Assembly: GCA_030324005.1 (NCBI GenBank)
Contig: JARDVH010000130.1
Coordinates: 33,468,734-33,532,733, forward strand
Direction: 5' to 3'
Length of the DNA: 64,000 nt
DNA from: Negaprion brevirostris
Lineage: Eukaryota
Positions 1 through 12,860 of this stretch are shown here, one piece after another. How positions within the stretch are numbered: the stretch's first letter is position 1; each line of letters starts with the position of its first letter. The translations under genes were made by a program, and so were the position numbers. The notes under the pieces were generated by a model, which was given only the letters and a program-made list of their open reading frames with translations, did not search any database and was not told the DNA's origin.

Positions 1-170
1 GGGCTAAAGGCAGATCAGTCCCCTGGCCCTGATGACTTACATAATAGGATCCTACAAGAAGTAGCTAGAGATTGTGGATGCATTGGTTGTAATTTTTCAA
101 AAATCCTTGGATTCTGGAGAAATATTGGAGGATTGGAAAACTGCCAGTGATACCTCTTTTTTTCCAAATA
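1..170 (+). mobile_element. CR1 LINE ORF2 fragment
   Basis: Decayed SPGPDxLHxRIL.EVA...VDALVVIFQxSLDSG...EDWKTA motif. Confidence 0.8.
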
Positions 171-853
171 TAAGATAGCAGGTGCTAAAAATGATTCCGC
201 TTTTGACCTTAAGACTCATTTTTTGTTTCTTTACTTACCTCATTACTGTCTCCTTTTATCTTGCACCATGTAGTCTTTGTCATTTAAAACACTCAGACCT
301 TTTGTTTTTTTCTGTCTTATGCCTCTGTGCTTGTTTAAAGCCTGTTACATTTTCCAGTTCAGACGAAGGGTCACTTTTTTTATATATGAAACATTAACCG
401 TTTCTCTCTCCACAGATGTTACCCTGTTCAGCCAAGTATTTCTAGCATTTTTTAAATACTTAATATCAAGTCACTGCTTATTATCTGCAATATTCTTCCC
501 AATCTTGACTTTACCACTCTTCTCACTGCAGCTCAGCTGCCTCTCTACCCATTGTATAAGAAACAATGTCTGCAAGAGGAATAAGATGCAGATTATTCCT
601 AATTTACAATATGCAGCGAGCAAAATCTTACATCCCATCAACCTGAGCTAGGCTTGAAATCACAATGAAATGACAATGACTAGCCTACTGCAATAACCAG
701 ACTGTCTCAAATGTCTCCCTTTTTCGGAAGAAAACAAGTCCAACTTTCTTTCAAGGCTTGCTACGAGAAAGACGACACTCACAATCTTAGTCGCTTTCAC
801 TGTCCTTTCTGTTTAAAAAGTCTTAACATTTCTGAAGAGAAAAACTAAAGCAG

Positions 854-1075
854 GGAAGTGAAATTTCTGTCATAAGGAAGTGTCAACCTGTTCCTGATCT
901 GAAAAAAAAACACGCCCTTCACCAGCTCAGTGACTCATGAGCAAGTCTGATGCATGCGTATGGTGCAGCACCCTGGAAGGGAGGGGGGAGGTGTATGAAG
1001 GATCCTTATAGAGGTTCTTCCCTTGGCGTAGTCTTTCCCAAAGTGATTCACAAACTGGTGGAGGTGGATTTCCCA
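854..1075. promoter_or_regulatory. Candidate immune-type enhancer/promoter motif cluster
   Basis: GGAAGTGAAA (ETS-IRF composite) 854-863, AGGAAGTG 875-882, TTCCTG 891-896, CACGCCC 911-917, TGACTCA (AP-1) 931-937, imperfect kB-like sites near 1030 and 1066. Confidence 0.4.
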
Positions 1076-1474
1076 ACCGCCACACTTCAACAAAGGGGCG
1101 AGTGGTTAACCTTCTATGAATGCTGCAGGTGTGTCAGTTAGGTTTGAAACTAATATAGCAATGCCTAGGTCCAGCCTGAAGCTGCAAGGTCACATTGAGA
1201 CGCTTGTTAAAGTCTTTAGCGGGTGGTGAGACAGTGGAGTTTGTTCTCATCTGATACAACTGAGGTGAATAGCATCGATGCATTTAAGGGAAAGCTACAT
1301 GTGTATATGAGATAGAAATGAATTTACGGATATGTTACTAAGTTAGAGGAGGCTTGTGCAGAGCAAAAGCACCAGTACAGATTAGTTGGGCTGAATGACT
1401 TGTGTTCTGTGCTGTAAACTCTATGGAAGCTGTTGCTACCTGAACTTTCACTATAAAAACAGCCACACACACAC

Positions 1475-2553
1475 TTATTCATATTCATTTTTTTTAATTG
1501 GTCTCGAAATGGTTACAACACCAGACGGAACAGCACTTGCACACCCTCAGTCCCCCCCACACTACCCTNNNNNNNNNNNNNNNNNNNNNNNNNNNNNNNN
1601 NNNNNNNNNNNNNNNNNNNNNNNNNNNNNNNNNNNNNNNNNNNNNNNNNNNNNNNNNNNNNNNNNNNNCCTCATTCCCCCCCACACTACCCTCCCCACCC
1701 CCTCTACAGAGATTCCTGCCCCCATCCCCACCCACCCAGCTCAACAGTGCTATTCTGGTATGTTTCTGTAACAGCCACTGTCCACCCGCCCCTTCACTCG
1801 TTTTTTTATTCTGACCTGTTATTCAGTCTCAGTCAAAATCTTCACAACCAATGGAGGTGAAACTCTTCCACCCCGCCCTCCTCACTAAGGTCGGACTCAG
1901 ATCCACAACTCCACGTCCCAGAGATCCATGGCTCCGTTTTAGGAATTCTGGATTTTTTGTGTTTTTTTTATTAATGCTCTTCCTAATTTTTTTTTAAGTT
2001 GTGACACAGCTGAGGTTACAAAGCTCATTCTGTCCTGTTGTCCATTAATCATGAACACTAAATATGATTTTCATTTTAAAAATCATTAAGAAAGTCTCTT
2101 GTGCTATGCACAATAATTCCCCCTGCCCCAGCCTACCCACCCCACCCAAAAAATAAACAAAACAAACTCCTCCCTGAAGGAACTCTGGCTGATTTAAAAG
2201 CTGGTTTATTCCAGATCCTTCTTTTACATACAAGCTCGAGGCAATTGAATTTCTGCCACCAGTCATTTTGGCTGCTGTTCTTTCATGCTGTCGATCCCCT
2301 GTTGAAGCCATCTTGATGCTGGGAGGGGGACAAAAATCCTGGGTCTCCCCCATCCCTTGCATGCCCTGATGCACAATGCCAGGGAAGCGGCACCCATGTG
2401 GCGTTATGCAGTAGGGCGTTTGGCACTTCTCTCCCAGGCTACAGACCTCTGCTTGTGATTGTTTGTCCCATTTGCTCTCGCTGGGACCCGGCCATGGCAT
2501 TTTGGGTTTTATTTTGATTTGCATTTCTGGTCTTTTTTTTGAGACACAGTCCT
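1475..2553 (-). other. TNPO3: Predicted TNPO3 terminal non-coding exon 23 (3' UTR)
   Basis: Strong acceptor TTGTTTGTTCTTTCCACAG ending at 2554; block without recognisable transposons; ATTAAA at 1493-1498 (minus) followed by GTGTGTGTGTGGCTGTTTTT GU-rich tract; AATAAA alternatives near 1805, 1967, 2205, 2508. 3' end approximate. Confidence 0.6.
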
Positions 2554-2749
2554 CTGTGGAAAGAACAAACAACAACTTTAGAAAAGCTTGCAAAAGAACT
2601 TTTAAATGTATACTGGATGGAATTGAATAATATGCCAACTCCAAAGGCAGCATATTAAGTTTCACACGGATGCCGATGACACACTCACCATCACCTTTCT
2701 GATAATTTAGCCGCAGTGGAGTTCAGACTAAATATTCAACATAAAGTAC

Positions 2750-3480
2750 TGGACAAACAGAAATTTCCTCTGATCAAATGCTGGTAAGACTGAAGCCATC
2801 CTCAGCTACTGACTCCACCCCCGATCATGGCAACTGTGAGGCTAAACCAGACTTGTCACAATCTTGGTGTTTTTGACCCCAGAATGAGCTGCTAACCACA
2901 TACTCACACTAAGACTGCATATTTCCACCTGCATAACAATCAGCTGACTTTGTCCTTGTTCAGCTGATCTACTACTGAAACCCTCATTCACGCCTTAGTA
3001 TCTTTAACCTCAACTATTTCAATACCCTTTGCCCCACATTCTACCCTTTGTAAATTTGAGGTCATCCAAAGCTTTGCTACCTGTGTCCTTATTCATATCA
3101 AGTCCCATTCACTAATCACCCTTGTGCACACTTATCTACCACACTTTCAGTTAACCAACATCTTGACTTTAAAATTCTCCACCTTTCCACATTCCTTATC
3201 TCTATAATCTCCAGCCCCACAATCCTACAATATTTACGCTCATCTAACCCCAATCTTAATTGCTGCCCTATTAGCGGCCATGCTTTCAGCTGCTCAGGCT
3301 CCAAGATCTGGAATTTTCTCCCTAAACCTCCCTCCCTCTCTTTCCACTATTAAAATGTGCTTTAAAACCTATATCTTTGACCATCTGCTCTTTGTGTCAG
3401 CATTGCTTCACGTGCTCCTTTGAACCACCATAGGACAATTTTCTGATGTTAACAGCATGATGTAAATACAAGTTGTTGTA
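2750..3480 (+). mobile_element. L2-like LINE 3' fragment
   Basis: Decayed LGVxFDP / TAYFHL / ETLIHA.V..xLxY motifs and L2-type tail. Confidence 0.65.
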
Positions 3481-4377
3481 TTTGCAAATCACTCCCTGCA
3501 GGGAAAGAGACATCTTGAAACACCAGGGAAATGAATTGGAAGATACCACACCTAGGGAGAAAGTAGAGGAATAGTTATTGGGATGGGGTGGAAATGAAAA
3601 GGCTGCGGAAGGAGGGAAGGTACAGCTCAGGCTGGTGGGAGAGAAACAATTACCACTGGTGGGATAGGTTTCAGAAGGCAAAATGTTGAGATATTTCTTC
3701 CAAAGCAAAGTGCAGGAATGGGTGAGCCCCCCTTCCAACAAATCAACATTTTGAAAAGTGGCAGCGGAGGAGACAAAAGGAGACTCTCTGGTGAGAGCAC
3801 AGGAAGAGGCACGATAAATATCTCACTGCTCATAATCAGGATGACTGCTATGTGAAATGGGAAAACTGGTGCTGCTGTAAAGTTAGAACAGATCAAGTGA
3901 AGCAGGCAGCTTCGGACTAACACTGCAGGCAACTGGGGAGAAAGTCTCTAGGTCACTGTTGAAGGTTGTCTCACGAAGAGGAGAAGGCACCTCAGAGTAA
4001 AGGCTCTGAAATTGCCCAGTGGTTCAGTGAGGGACTTGCAGATCCCCTAGTTCCTCAGCCAAGTTGTCAGACCTTCAGGTAGGTTAACTGGGTTATACAA
4101 TTTGTCTTGGTGGTGGAGAGCTCCTAAGAAGAACATTTTCCAGCACAGCAATTCAGTGAGTCCCTATTGGAAATTGCATGCAAGTGAGGACAACCTGCAC
4201 TACCTCCAACTGTTCAACCAGGGGGAGAAAGAAAAGCAAAAAGAGTGTGTGGGAGACAGAAAGAGACAGATGGCTTTAAAATTCTCCTTAAATAAGTGGG
4301 AGGAAGACACCTCAGAGGAAGGCATGCAGTCCATAAACCTAGCACGCGATTCATCCCTTTTTTTAATCTCCTATTCG

Positions 4378-4689
4378 ATGAGTGGCACAGTGGCAAATAC
4401 TGCTGCATCACAGCTCCAGGGACCCGGGTTTGATTCCTGGCTTGGGTCACTCTGTGTGGAGTTTGCACATTCTCCCTGTCTCTGCGTAGGTTTCCTCCAG
4501 TTGCTCCAGTTTCCTCCCACAGTCCAAAGATGTGTAGGATAAGTTGATTGGCCATACTAAATTAACCCTAGTGTCCCAGGATGCGTAGGTTAGAGGGATT
4601 AGTGCAATAAATATGTGGGGTGACGGGGATCGGTCTTGGGTGGGATTGTGGTTGGTGCAGACTCAATGAACTGAGTGGCCTCTTTCTGC
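4378..4689 (+). mobile_element. HE1-type tRNA-derived V-SINE
   Basis: A/B box head (gtggcacagtgg...gggtttgattcc), V-domain gtggagtttgcacattctccctgtctctgcgtaggtttcctcc, CR1-like tail. Confidence 0.85.
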
Positions 4690-5338
4690 NNNNNNNNNNN
4701 NNNNNNNNNNNNNNNNNNNNNNNNNNNNNNNNNNNNNNNNNNNNNNNNNNNNNNNNNNNNNNNNNNNNNNNNNNNNNNNNNNNNNNNNNNNNNNNNNNNN
4801 NNNNNNNNNNNNNCAATAAGGCCAGAAGAGGTAAGGATGGTATGTTTCCACATTAGTGAATCAGGTGGATTTTTACAATAATTGATAATAGTTTCATTGT
4901 TACCATTATTGAGACTAGCTTCCAATTTCAGATTTGTTTCATGAATTAATTGAATTTAAATTCCACCAGCTGTTGTGATAGGATTTGTACCAGTTTCTCC
5001 AGAGTATTAACCTAGGCCTCTGGACTACTAGTCCACTGACATTGCCACTACTTCCCACCTTGGAATGATTTTAAGGATCGCATACACACCTCCCTAAGTA
5101 GTGATCTGGGAGATTAAATGACACCGATAAGTTTCCATGGTGATGGAGTGCATAAAGGAGGGTCACTTTAAAAAAACAAGACAGACCGGAAGCAAGGAAA
5201 AATGTCTAATGTTCCAGAGACACTCCTTCCTGGTCCCTCAGATAAGAGGCATTAGTCTAATTAGCTAACATCTGCAACTGCATTTATGGACAGCTCTTAC
5301 CTGGGAGACTGATGCAAGTCATGGATTTGTGAACACAG

Positions 5339-5440
<102 letters not shown>

Positions 5441-7468
5441 CTAGGGTAAAACAACATTGAGAATGGAGTTAAATTAAACATTGAACATGATCCATATAAA
5501 TTAGCAGCACAGAGCAGTAGGTTAAATTAACAGAATACTGGGTTAAAATAACATGGAGAAATGGGCTTCATTAACACTGATCTACATTCATTATATGTCA
5601 TAGAACCCACGTTAAATTACCAGAACCCTGGATTAAAATAATACTCTTTTTATCTGGGCTCGCACAATGCATTGACGCACAATCACAAGGTGCCTCAGGG
5701 ACTGTTAAGATAAGAGGGAAATCACAAAAAGCATTAACTCTATAAATAGGCAAAGGAACTTGTACAAAGGTTCAAAGATGACAAAGCTTCGATTTAAAGA
5801 ACAGCCAATGCAAGAAAGGCAAGTGTCAGGAACCACCATCACTGACAGTCTTTTCAGTGAATGGGTCTCAACAGAGGTGAACTCATTTTTTGCAAGGATC
5901 AATTGCTTCTTCCAGGTGAACCATCTACCCAAGGAGATCACTGCATTTATTTATCAATAGAGAAAATAATCAAAATGGGCAAACTTGTTCTTTTCAATGC
6001 TTTTGACTTCCTATTCCGATTTATTTTTCTCCTTTCTCACACTTCTTGCCTGGGGTTCTGTGTTTTTTAGAAGCACTTTGTGGTTACTTTTCAAGTGTGA
6101 GGGACAGTGGACTCATCTGCACACGTACTCACTGTCCAGTAAAGAGGGTCACTGGATAACAGTCAGGAGCTCTGAGTTAAGAGGCCACAATTAGCCAGAA
6201 TCCAGTGGCTGCACTACTGTACCTAGTCAGACTGATGTTAGCAAACTACACAGTCTAGAATCAAACCTTGGAACTCCGTGCTCTGTGTAATTTAATGAAC
6301 TGGAGCTGGCATGTCCACCCAGCTGGCCATCCACAGTCTTTGTACAGTTTATTAAAAAAGGGCAATCTGATTGCAAAACATGCTGTACTGAAAAGGAAAT
6401 CTCAACATAAAGAAGAAATAAAAGCTTTTTATAAGACAGCCCACTTTACAAAAGCCAGCATCTTTCTCTGTTTAAATTGGCAAGTGCACGAAGGTCACAG
6501 AGAAGCAAGTCATGTTTCAACCAATTCAATCACAAATTTCCATAAAATTAAAGTCAAACTGCAGACAGTGATCATTCACTAAAAATACTTGCCGATTGTC
6601 AAACTAGAACCACAGGTGCAAGCTAAAATTTGCTATGATTCACATTTAATGTCTGAATGATCACGCTGCCATGTTTCTGGGTGAGGCTATATCGGGTGTT
6701 TAATCACCTTTTTCCAAGGTAGTAATGGTCAATCATCTGTGATAAGACTGGAGTAAGGGGAGCAAAAAAATAAAATCAACCAGGGTCTCCCCTCTCAATC
6801 TCAAATGGTGGCAGTATCCAGCTTAGGTGCAATGCCAAAATTGAAAAATAAGATTGCACAGAAGCACAAACAATCACTGACTCATCTACCCCAGTCAGTT
6901 TGCTTAAAATATTAGCAATAGTAAAACGTCAATCCATTACAACATCTCCTTTGTTCAGAGTTGAACAATATGGAAAGCAGTTTCAGAGCACTGAGGGCTC
7001 AGACAGCACGGGCTGCTGTTTAGTGTCATTCCTGACTCGGAAGTGTGTGAGTACAAAAACTGGTTGTATTGTATGATTCAAGTCAGAACTTGCCCAGTGC
7101 CAGCATCTTGTACTGTGCGGAGGCTTAGTAATTGACTTCCACTATAAACAGGTCTGAGCATATCAGTAAGGGTTGTAAGTTTTCCTTCCTTGTAGCTGTT
7201 CTTTNNNNNNNNNNCATTGCTAGAAAAGCGCCAGAAAAATGTTTTGCAATTGGTGAGCTGCAATCTCTGAGCGACACGCTGCCATTTTACTACAGATGTA
7301 TCAAAAAGACCAGTGGGAGGTAATCTCACCAATTCCAAAGTGTGCTGGCTGCAGACAGCAGGTCTCCCAACACAGGCATTTGTCACCTTCTCAAAATTCA
7401 CAGTGATCCCCTTAGAAATGGCTGTCTTTGCAAGCTCGTTGAACAGCTCTGCAGACATCTGTTCTCAC

Positions 7469-7581
7469 CTGGTGACTTGCTTGTGGAAGTCAGTCAGCTG
7501 CTTGTGTGTTACTGTGATAGCACCCCCTGCTGTTTCTTTAGGTAATGACTTGAGTGAAGCTTCCAACCATCGGCAAAATGT
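7469..7581 (-). CDS. TNPO3: Transportin-3 exon 21 (113 nt)
   Basis: [37 protein letters not shown](S); CTGTAG / GTGAGA. Confidence 0.96.
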
Positions 7582-9042
7582 CTACAGGGGACAAGAGCAA
7601 AAAAACATCCAAAGATTTGTAGAAAGTCCAAAGAGAAAGCATGAGTGATGAGGATGTGAGTTGGGAAGAGATTAACACCTTAACCAAAAACAGTCTAAAT
7701 GTCAGACAGATGCTACTTCCTGGTTTATTATAATTGGAACGTTATCTTTTTAAAACAGGCAGCATCTCACTGATTGACAGACAGCGCCTTCTTGCATATA
7801 CAAGGTGAAGAGGAAGGGGAAATGTAGAGATGTTTGGCACACGTGCACAGTCACACGTATATTGTGCTTACTCATTCAGACACAACCATACATTAACACA
7901 TTCGCACACATATACTTCCTCTTAGATAATAGGAGTGCATGTTAACTAAGGACACTGAATAACTTGCAATAGAACCCAGAGGACAATACCAACATTACAC
8001 CTGCATTTGTATGCATTCCTGATTCAAGTGTTTGTGAAACTGAGTAACACTGGCAGGAATTTGAACATTGTATTTCTATACAACATTGGGCTTCAATCAC
8101 ATTAAAAATTGTAAGGCCTTACAAAATTGAAAAGTTTGCACTCTAGTTAGCTGGTTCTGTGAAATAAAATGAACATATGAATTTCCAGTATTGTTGCACC
8201 ATAATTTGCAGGTGAGAAAAACATTGCACTCCAAGTGTAATTACTGCAGAGCTGTTTTATCAAAGCATCACTGGAAACGTGTAAACCCTGCTGAGCCAGC
8301 TGTCAATTTGAGAGTGTTTAATGTTTGATGTCTGACTGGCCTTTCAAACCTGGAACTGCCCAGATGGGCAAAATGGAACTTCCCTCTGAGGGAAAGATGC
8401 ACAGGTTCTACCCGAGTGCATGAACTGCCCAATAGGGGCAAGGCAATTGTGCAAAACTGCCCCAGTGCAACAATAACTCTGTTTTATACAGAAAGACTAG
8501 GGAAGCTGGTCTTCCTAAAAAAGAGACAGTCATAAGGAGATTTAAAGAGATGTTCAAAATCAGAAAGGATCTTGATAAATTGGGTGAAACTGTTTCCATT
8601 GGCAGCTGACTGGTAATCAGAGATCACAGATTTAAGGTTATCACTATAAGAATCATTGGGGTTTGGTGGGTGAAGTAATGGGAATTTTTTTCAATGTAGT
8701 GAATTGCTATGAAGCAGGATGGATTATGTGAAAGGGCAGTTTCAATAATGGCTTGCATTAAAACTCAATAAAGATTTACACAGGGTTATGGGGAAGAGCT
8801 AGTGGGAGGGACTAATTGAATAGATCTTTCAAAAACCAGCATGGGCACACAGGGCTGAATGGCCTCCTTCTGTGCTGTATGATTCCATGACTGCAAAATC
8901 TTAATCAGAGGTCACAGGAAGGGCAGTGAGGGAAATTGAAAGTACCACACCCTGGGAAATGGGGCACTCCATCCTTTCCCCCCTCACATTTATTAACAAG
9001 ATAAAGCCTCCAACTGTTTATTAGATTCAATCTTGACCTTAC

Positions 9043-9210
9043 CGCTCTGTCAACCTGCATGATTTCCCATATAACCTCAGCTAGATCTGGCAAGGTATAT
9101 GGGGGAAGGCAGAAGCACACAGCCTGGAGCAGTTGGTTGACTAGTTGCTGACCATGCTGGGTCATCACCTGCTTGATCAGTTCTTTCCGAAGTTCAAAGT
9201 CATCCTCGTG
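9043..9210 (-). CDS. TNPO3: Transportin-3 exon 20 (168 nt)
   Basis: [56 protein letters not shown]; CCACAG / GTAAGG. Confidence 0.97.
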
Positions 9211-9375
9211 CTGTGGAAACAAGATCCAATTATTACTATTACTTTGTTTAGGTATTTCAGTCACCATACGGAGAGTGACATGCAGTGGCATGCAAGCCTG
9301 GGAGCTCCTCTTTTAAATTCAAAAACCTATTCACAGCCCCAGATACCAGGTTACAGAACAGCAAGAAAAGCTGGA

Positions 9376-9710
9376 GAGGGTAGCACGGTGACACAGTGCT
9401 TAGCGCTACTGCCTCACCGTGCTAGAGACCCAGTTTCAATTCCAGCCTTGACTGTCTGTGTGCAGTTTGCACGTTCTCTCCATGTCTGCATGGGTTTTCT
9501 CCATTTTCCTCCCACACTCCAAAGGTGTGCAGATTCAGTGGGTTGGCCATGGTAGCTTGTCCTGTAGTGTCTCAAGATGTGTAGGTTGAGATATTAGCAG
9601 GGTAAATATGTGGGATTGAGGGGAAAGGGCCAGAGTGAGATGCTTTGTCGAAGAGTTGGTGTAGATTTGATGGGCCAAATGGCTTCCTTCTGTATTGTAG
9701 TGATTCTATG
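9376..9710 (+). mobile_element. HE1-type V-SINE
   Basis: Same head, V-domain and tail ending gattctatg. Confidence 0.85.
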
Positions 9711-10560
9711 AAAAGGTGGGGCAAAGTCAGGATGCTACAGTTTACACCAAGTTTTGAGTTTCGAAAGTCTGCAGGGTATGACACAAGCTTTGGTTTTGTG
9801 GGACATTGGACTGTGGCAAGATTGGGTTTTAAGAACTTAGAGATTGCATGGGTTAACAACAGGCGAGAGACGAGAGGTCCCAATGTTTTGGAGAAGAATG
9901 GGGTTGCATATGGGATGGGCCAATGATCCGTATTTTGAAAGTTCAGTAATGCAACAGCACTGATATACACCACATGTGGATGTTAGGATGCACATAAATG
10001 TACCTCCAGGAAATAGGCAAACAGGAAATCAGCACATAGTGAACGTTTGTACAACACACCATCACACTTAGCAAATATTTTAGTTTTTCCCTCATACAAG
10101 AACTAGATTGAAATATAGACACAAGCTATACTGTAATGAGATTAAATTAAGTACTTTACAGGAAAGCTATTTTTTAAAATCAAAAGCATAATGAGATCAG
10201 CACATTAAGTTTGGTGACTCAAATGTCAGAAAGTAAGGCTTTTCTTAGCAGAAACTTGTACAGCAGACATAAATAAGCGACCATGTTTCACAAGATCCCA
10301 CAAGGAACGACCATGGACGTGATGGCCATGGGATCAATGCTGGCCAGGCCCTAGAGTCATTCTCTTACACATGTTCAAATAATGCTGTGGGATCTTGTTT
10401 ACCTGAACACACAGATACAATGCAATTGCTCACTGCCACTGCCCAGATTGTGTGTTGGGATCTCGGAGAGAGGCCTAAGCCTGCAACTTGATAGCCATTA
10501 TCAAGTTAAAGATACTCATGCTCTTTGTGTACTCTGGGCTTAGTCATGGAAGAAACTTAC

Positions 10561-10717
10561 GTCTTTGGCAACCCCTGTGTGGATAAGATCCCTCAAGAAC
10601 TTCATGATGCTGCAGTTAGCATCCCGGTGGTCGAGGATGACAGCTGCAATGGCACAATTCAGGATGTGAACGATGATTTGACTCTGCAGGAGTGTGGTTG
10701 GGCTTCGCTGAATAAAT
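10561..10717 (-). CDS. TNPO3: Transportin-3 exon 19 (157 nt)
   Basis: [52 protein letters not shown]; CACAG / GTAAGT. Confidence 0.97.
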
Positions 10718-12765
10718 CTGTGCAGGGAAAAGAAGGGTAATTCCATAAACATCTGGGAGAAGTACACTTCCAGTTCCCATACTACAAAAAGATAATGTGG
10801 CCATTCTAGAAAGAACAAAAAAATCTACAGAAGTGTTACCAATAAATTATAATTGTCAGAAAGAACTGAACACTGGGGGCCTTTTTCTTTAGAAAGAGGC
10901 CTGAGCTGTGACCTGTTGAGGTCTTAAATATTATAAAAGGACTTGACATAGAAATATTTTTTGACTTGTTGGATTGATCAAAATCAGCGGACATGACAAT
11001 TAAGACAGTCACTAATCAGTCCAATAAAGAATACAGAAAAAGATTATGTACTTAGACTGTGGCTAGAATGTGGAACTTCCTACCGCGTGGAGTAATTGAG
11101 ATTAATAGCATAGATGCATTTAAGAGGAAGCTAAACACAGGAAAGCGAGAAAAATAGAANNNNNNNNNNNNNNNNNNNNNNNNNNNNNNNNNNNNNNNNN
11201 NNNNNNNNNNNNNNNNNNNNNNNNNNNNNNNNNNNNNNNNNNNNNNNNNNNNNNNNNNNAGGATATGTTGAAACTGTTCAAATACTCATGGAAAAATCCC
11301 TATCATTCTAAAAACAAAACTCTTTATTAGTGTGCAGCATCTTCCGAGGGGAAGCTTTACAAAAAGTCTTTGTAAGCTCCACAGAAAACAGAGACTCCAC
11401 AATATCAACCTACACTTATGCCTCCATTATTCAAGCCTGCAATCAAGCATCCAAGAGATTAAATTTCCACAGTTTCAGCAGAATGAGAACCAAGTTAACA
11501 TATAATAATCATTCTAATCTTCAAAACAAAGAACTGGATAAATATCTGATTAGGAACGGATGACTGGAGTTCACTGACACATCAAACCCTATGCATTCAT
11601 CTGCTATGTAGCAAAATTGCCATGGGGGAGAAGTTAATATTCTTTTTTTAAAGTACAGCAGATTGCTGTAATCTTATAGCCACTGCCAGGCTGATGGAAG
11701 CAGATTCAAGGATATCTTTCAAATATAAAATCTACTTGAAATGGAAACACTTGTAGGGTTACAGGGAAAAACCAAGAGAATGGGTTTAATTGAATAGCTC
11801 TTTCAAGAGCTGACAGGGCACAATGCATCAAATAGCCTCCTCCTGTGCTGTAGGATTCTCCAAGAGGCACAAAGAAATGATACCAAACAGCAAACACCAC
11901 TATAACGGTGTGCCATCATGCACAATGTCTCAGCAAATCTTAGTTCTGGTTTATTAATCGAGGAGAAGACTTGAGAGGAAATTGCAGCCTCCCTCACTCG
12001 ACTTCCCTACATTAGTTTAGATTTCAGTTTGGTTCAAGGAACATGGGTTTGATGCTGAGGCAGATGAAAGGCTGCTGATGGAGTGACTTTGCAGCACAGG
12101 ATGCAAAGGGCTCAATGCTGATCTTATTCAAAGCCCCATTATCAGTTTTGCAAGCTTTCCTAAGCTCGATGTCTGGTCAGTGCCAAATCAGCTGATTTCT
12201 AATGCAGGAGCAGCAGATATTCTTCATAAAAGGACCTTCATGTCCAGGATAGGGAGCACAAAATGACCAGAGATGTCAATCTATGATCAATCTCACTATG
12301 CTGTTTACAGGAGTTGATATGGGGGGTTTGCAGTGGCACAAGGTGGAGAGAGAGAAACTGGAACCAGCGGAGATGCCCACAACACCATTCCAACTAACGC
12401 AGCACAGGTCAGGAATCAAGCTGGTTTCTCTGGCCATAACGCTCAGCTCCAGAGAGAACATTGCATTTGACACAAGAGGGAAGACTCAATGAAATAACAA
12501 CAGAAAATACTGGAAAAACTCAGGTTTGCCAGCATCTGTAGAGAGAGAAACAAAGTTAACCATTTGATTATGATTCTTAAGAGCAGGGAAGACAAAATGC
12601 GTTGCACAGGCAAATAAACTGACAGAANNNNNNNNNNNNNNNNNNNNGTCAGTGTTTGGGAGTTTCAGCCAATGTGAGGCATGAAATCTATCAAAAGGAT
12701 GACTGTTCCAAGTAAACACCACCACAACCCATTCCAGGCAAAAGAACACACAGTCCTCACAGTAC

Positions 12766-12860
12766 CTGGTTGCTAGGCGGAAAAGATCATCCACAGTGTC
12801 CGGGTGATCCCGAAGGCCGTTTGGTTGTTCCAGCAGTTGAAACGTTGGCATACATAAGGC
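12766..12860 (-). CDS. TNPO3: Transportin-3 exon 18 (95 nt)
   Basis: [31 protein letters not shown](R); TTGCAG / GTACTG. Confidence 0.97.

Noticed and set aside
1-1400. IRF5 coding exons expected from human synteny
   Set aside because: No IRF-like peptide is readable in any frame.
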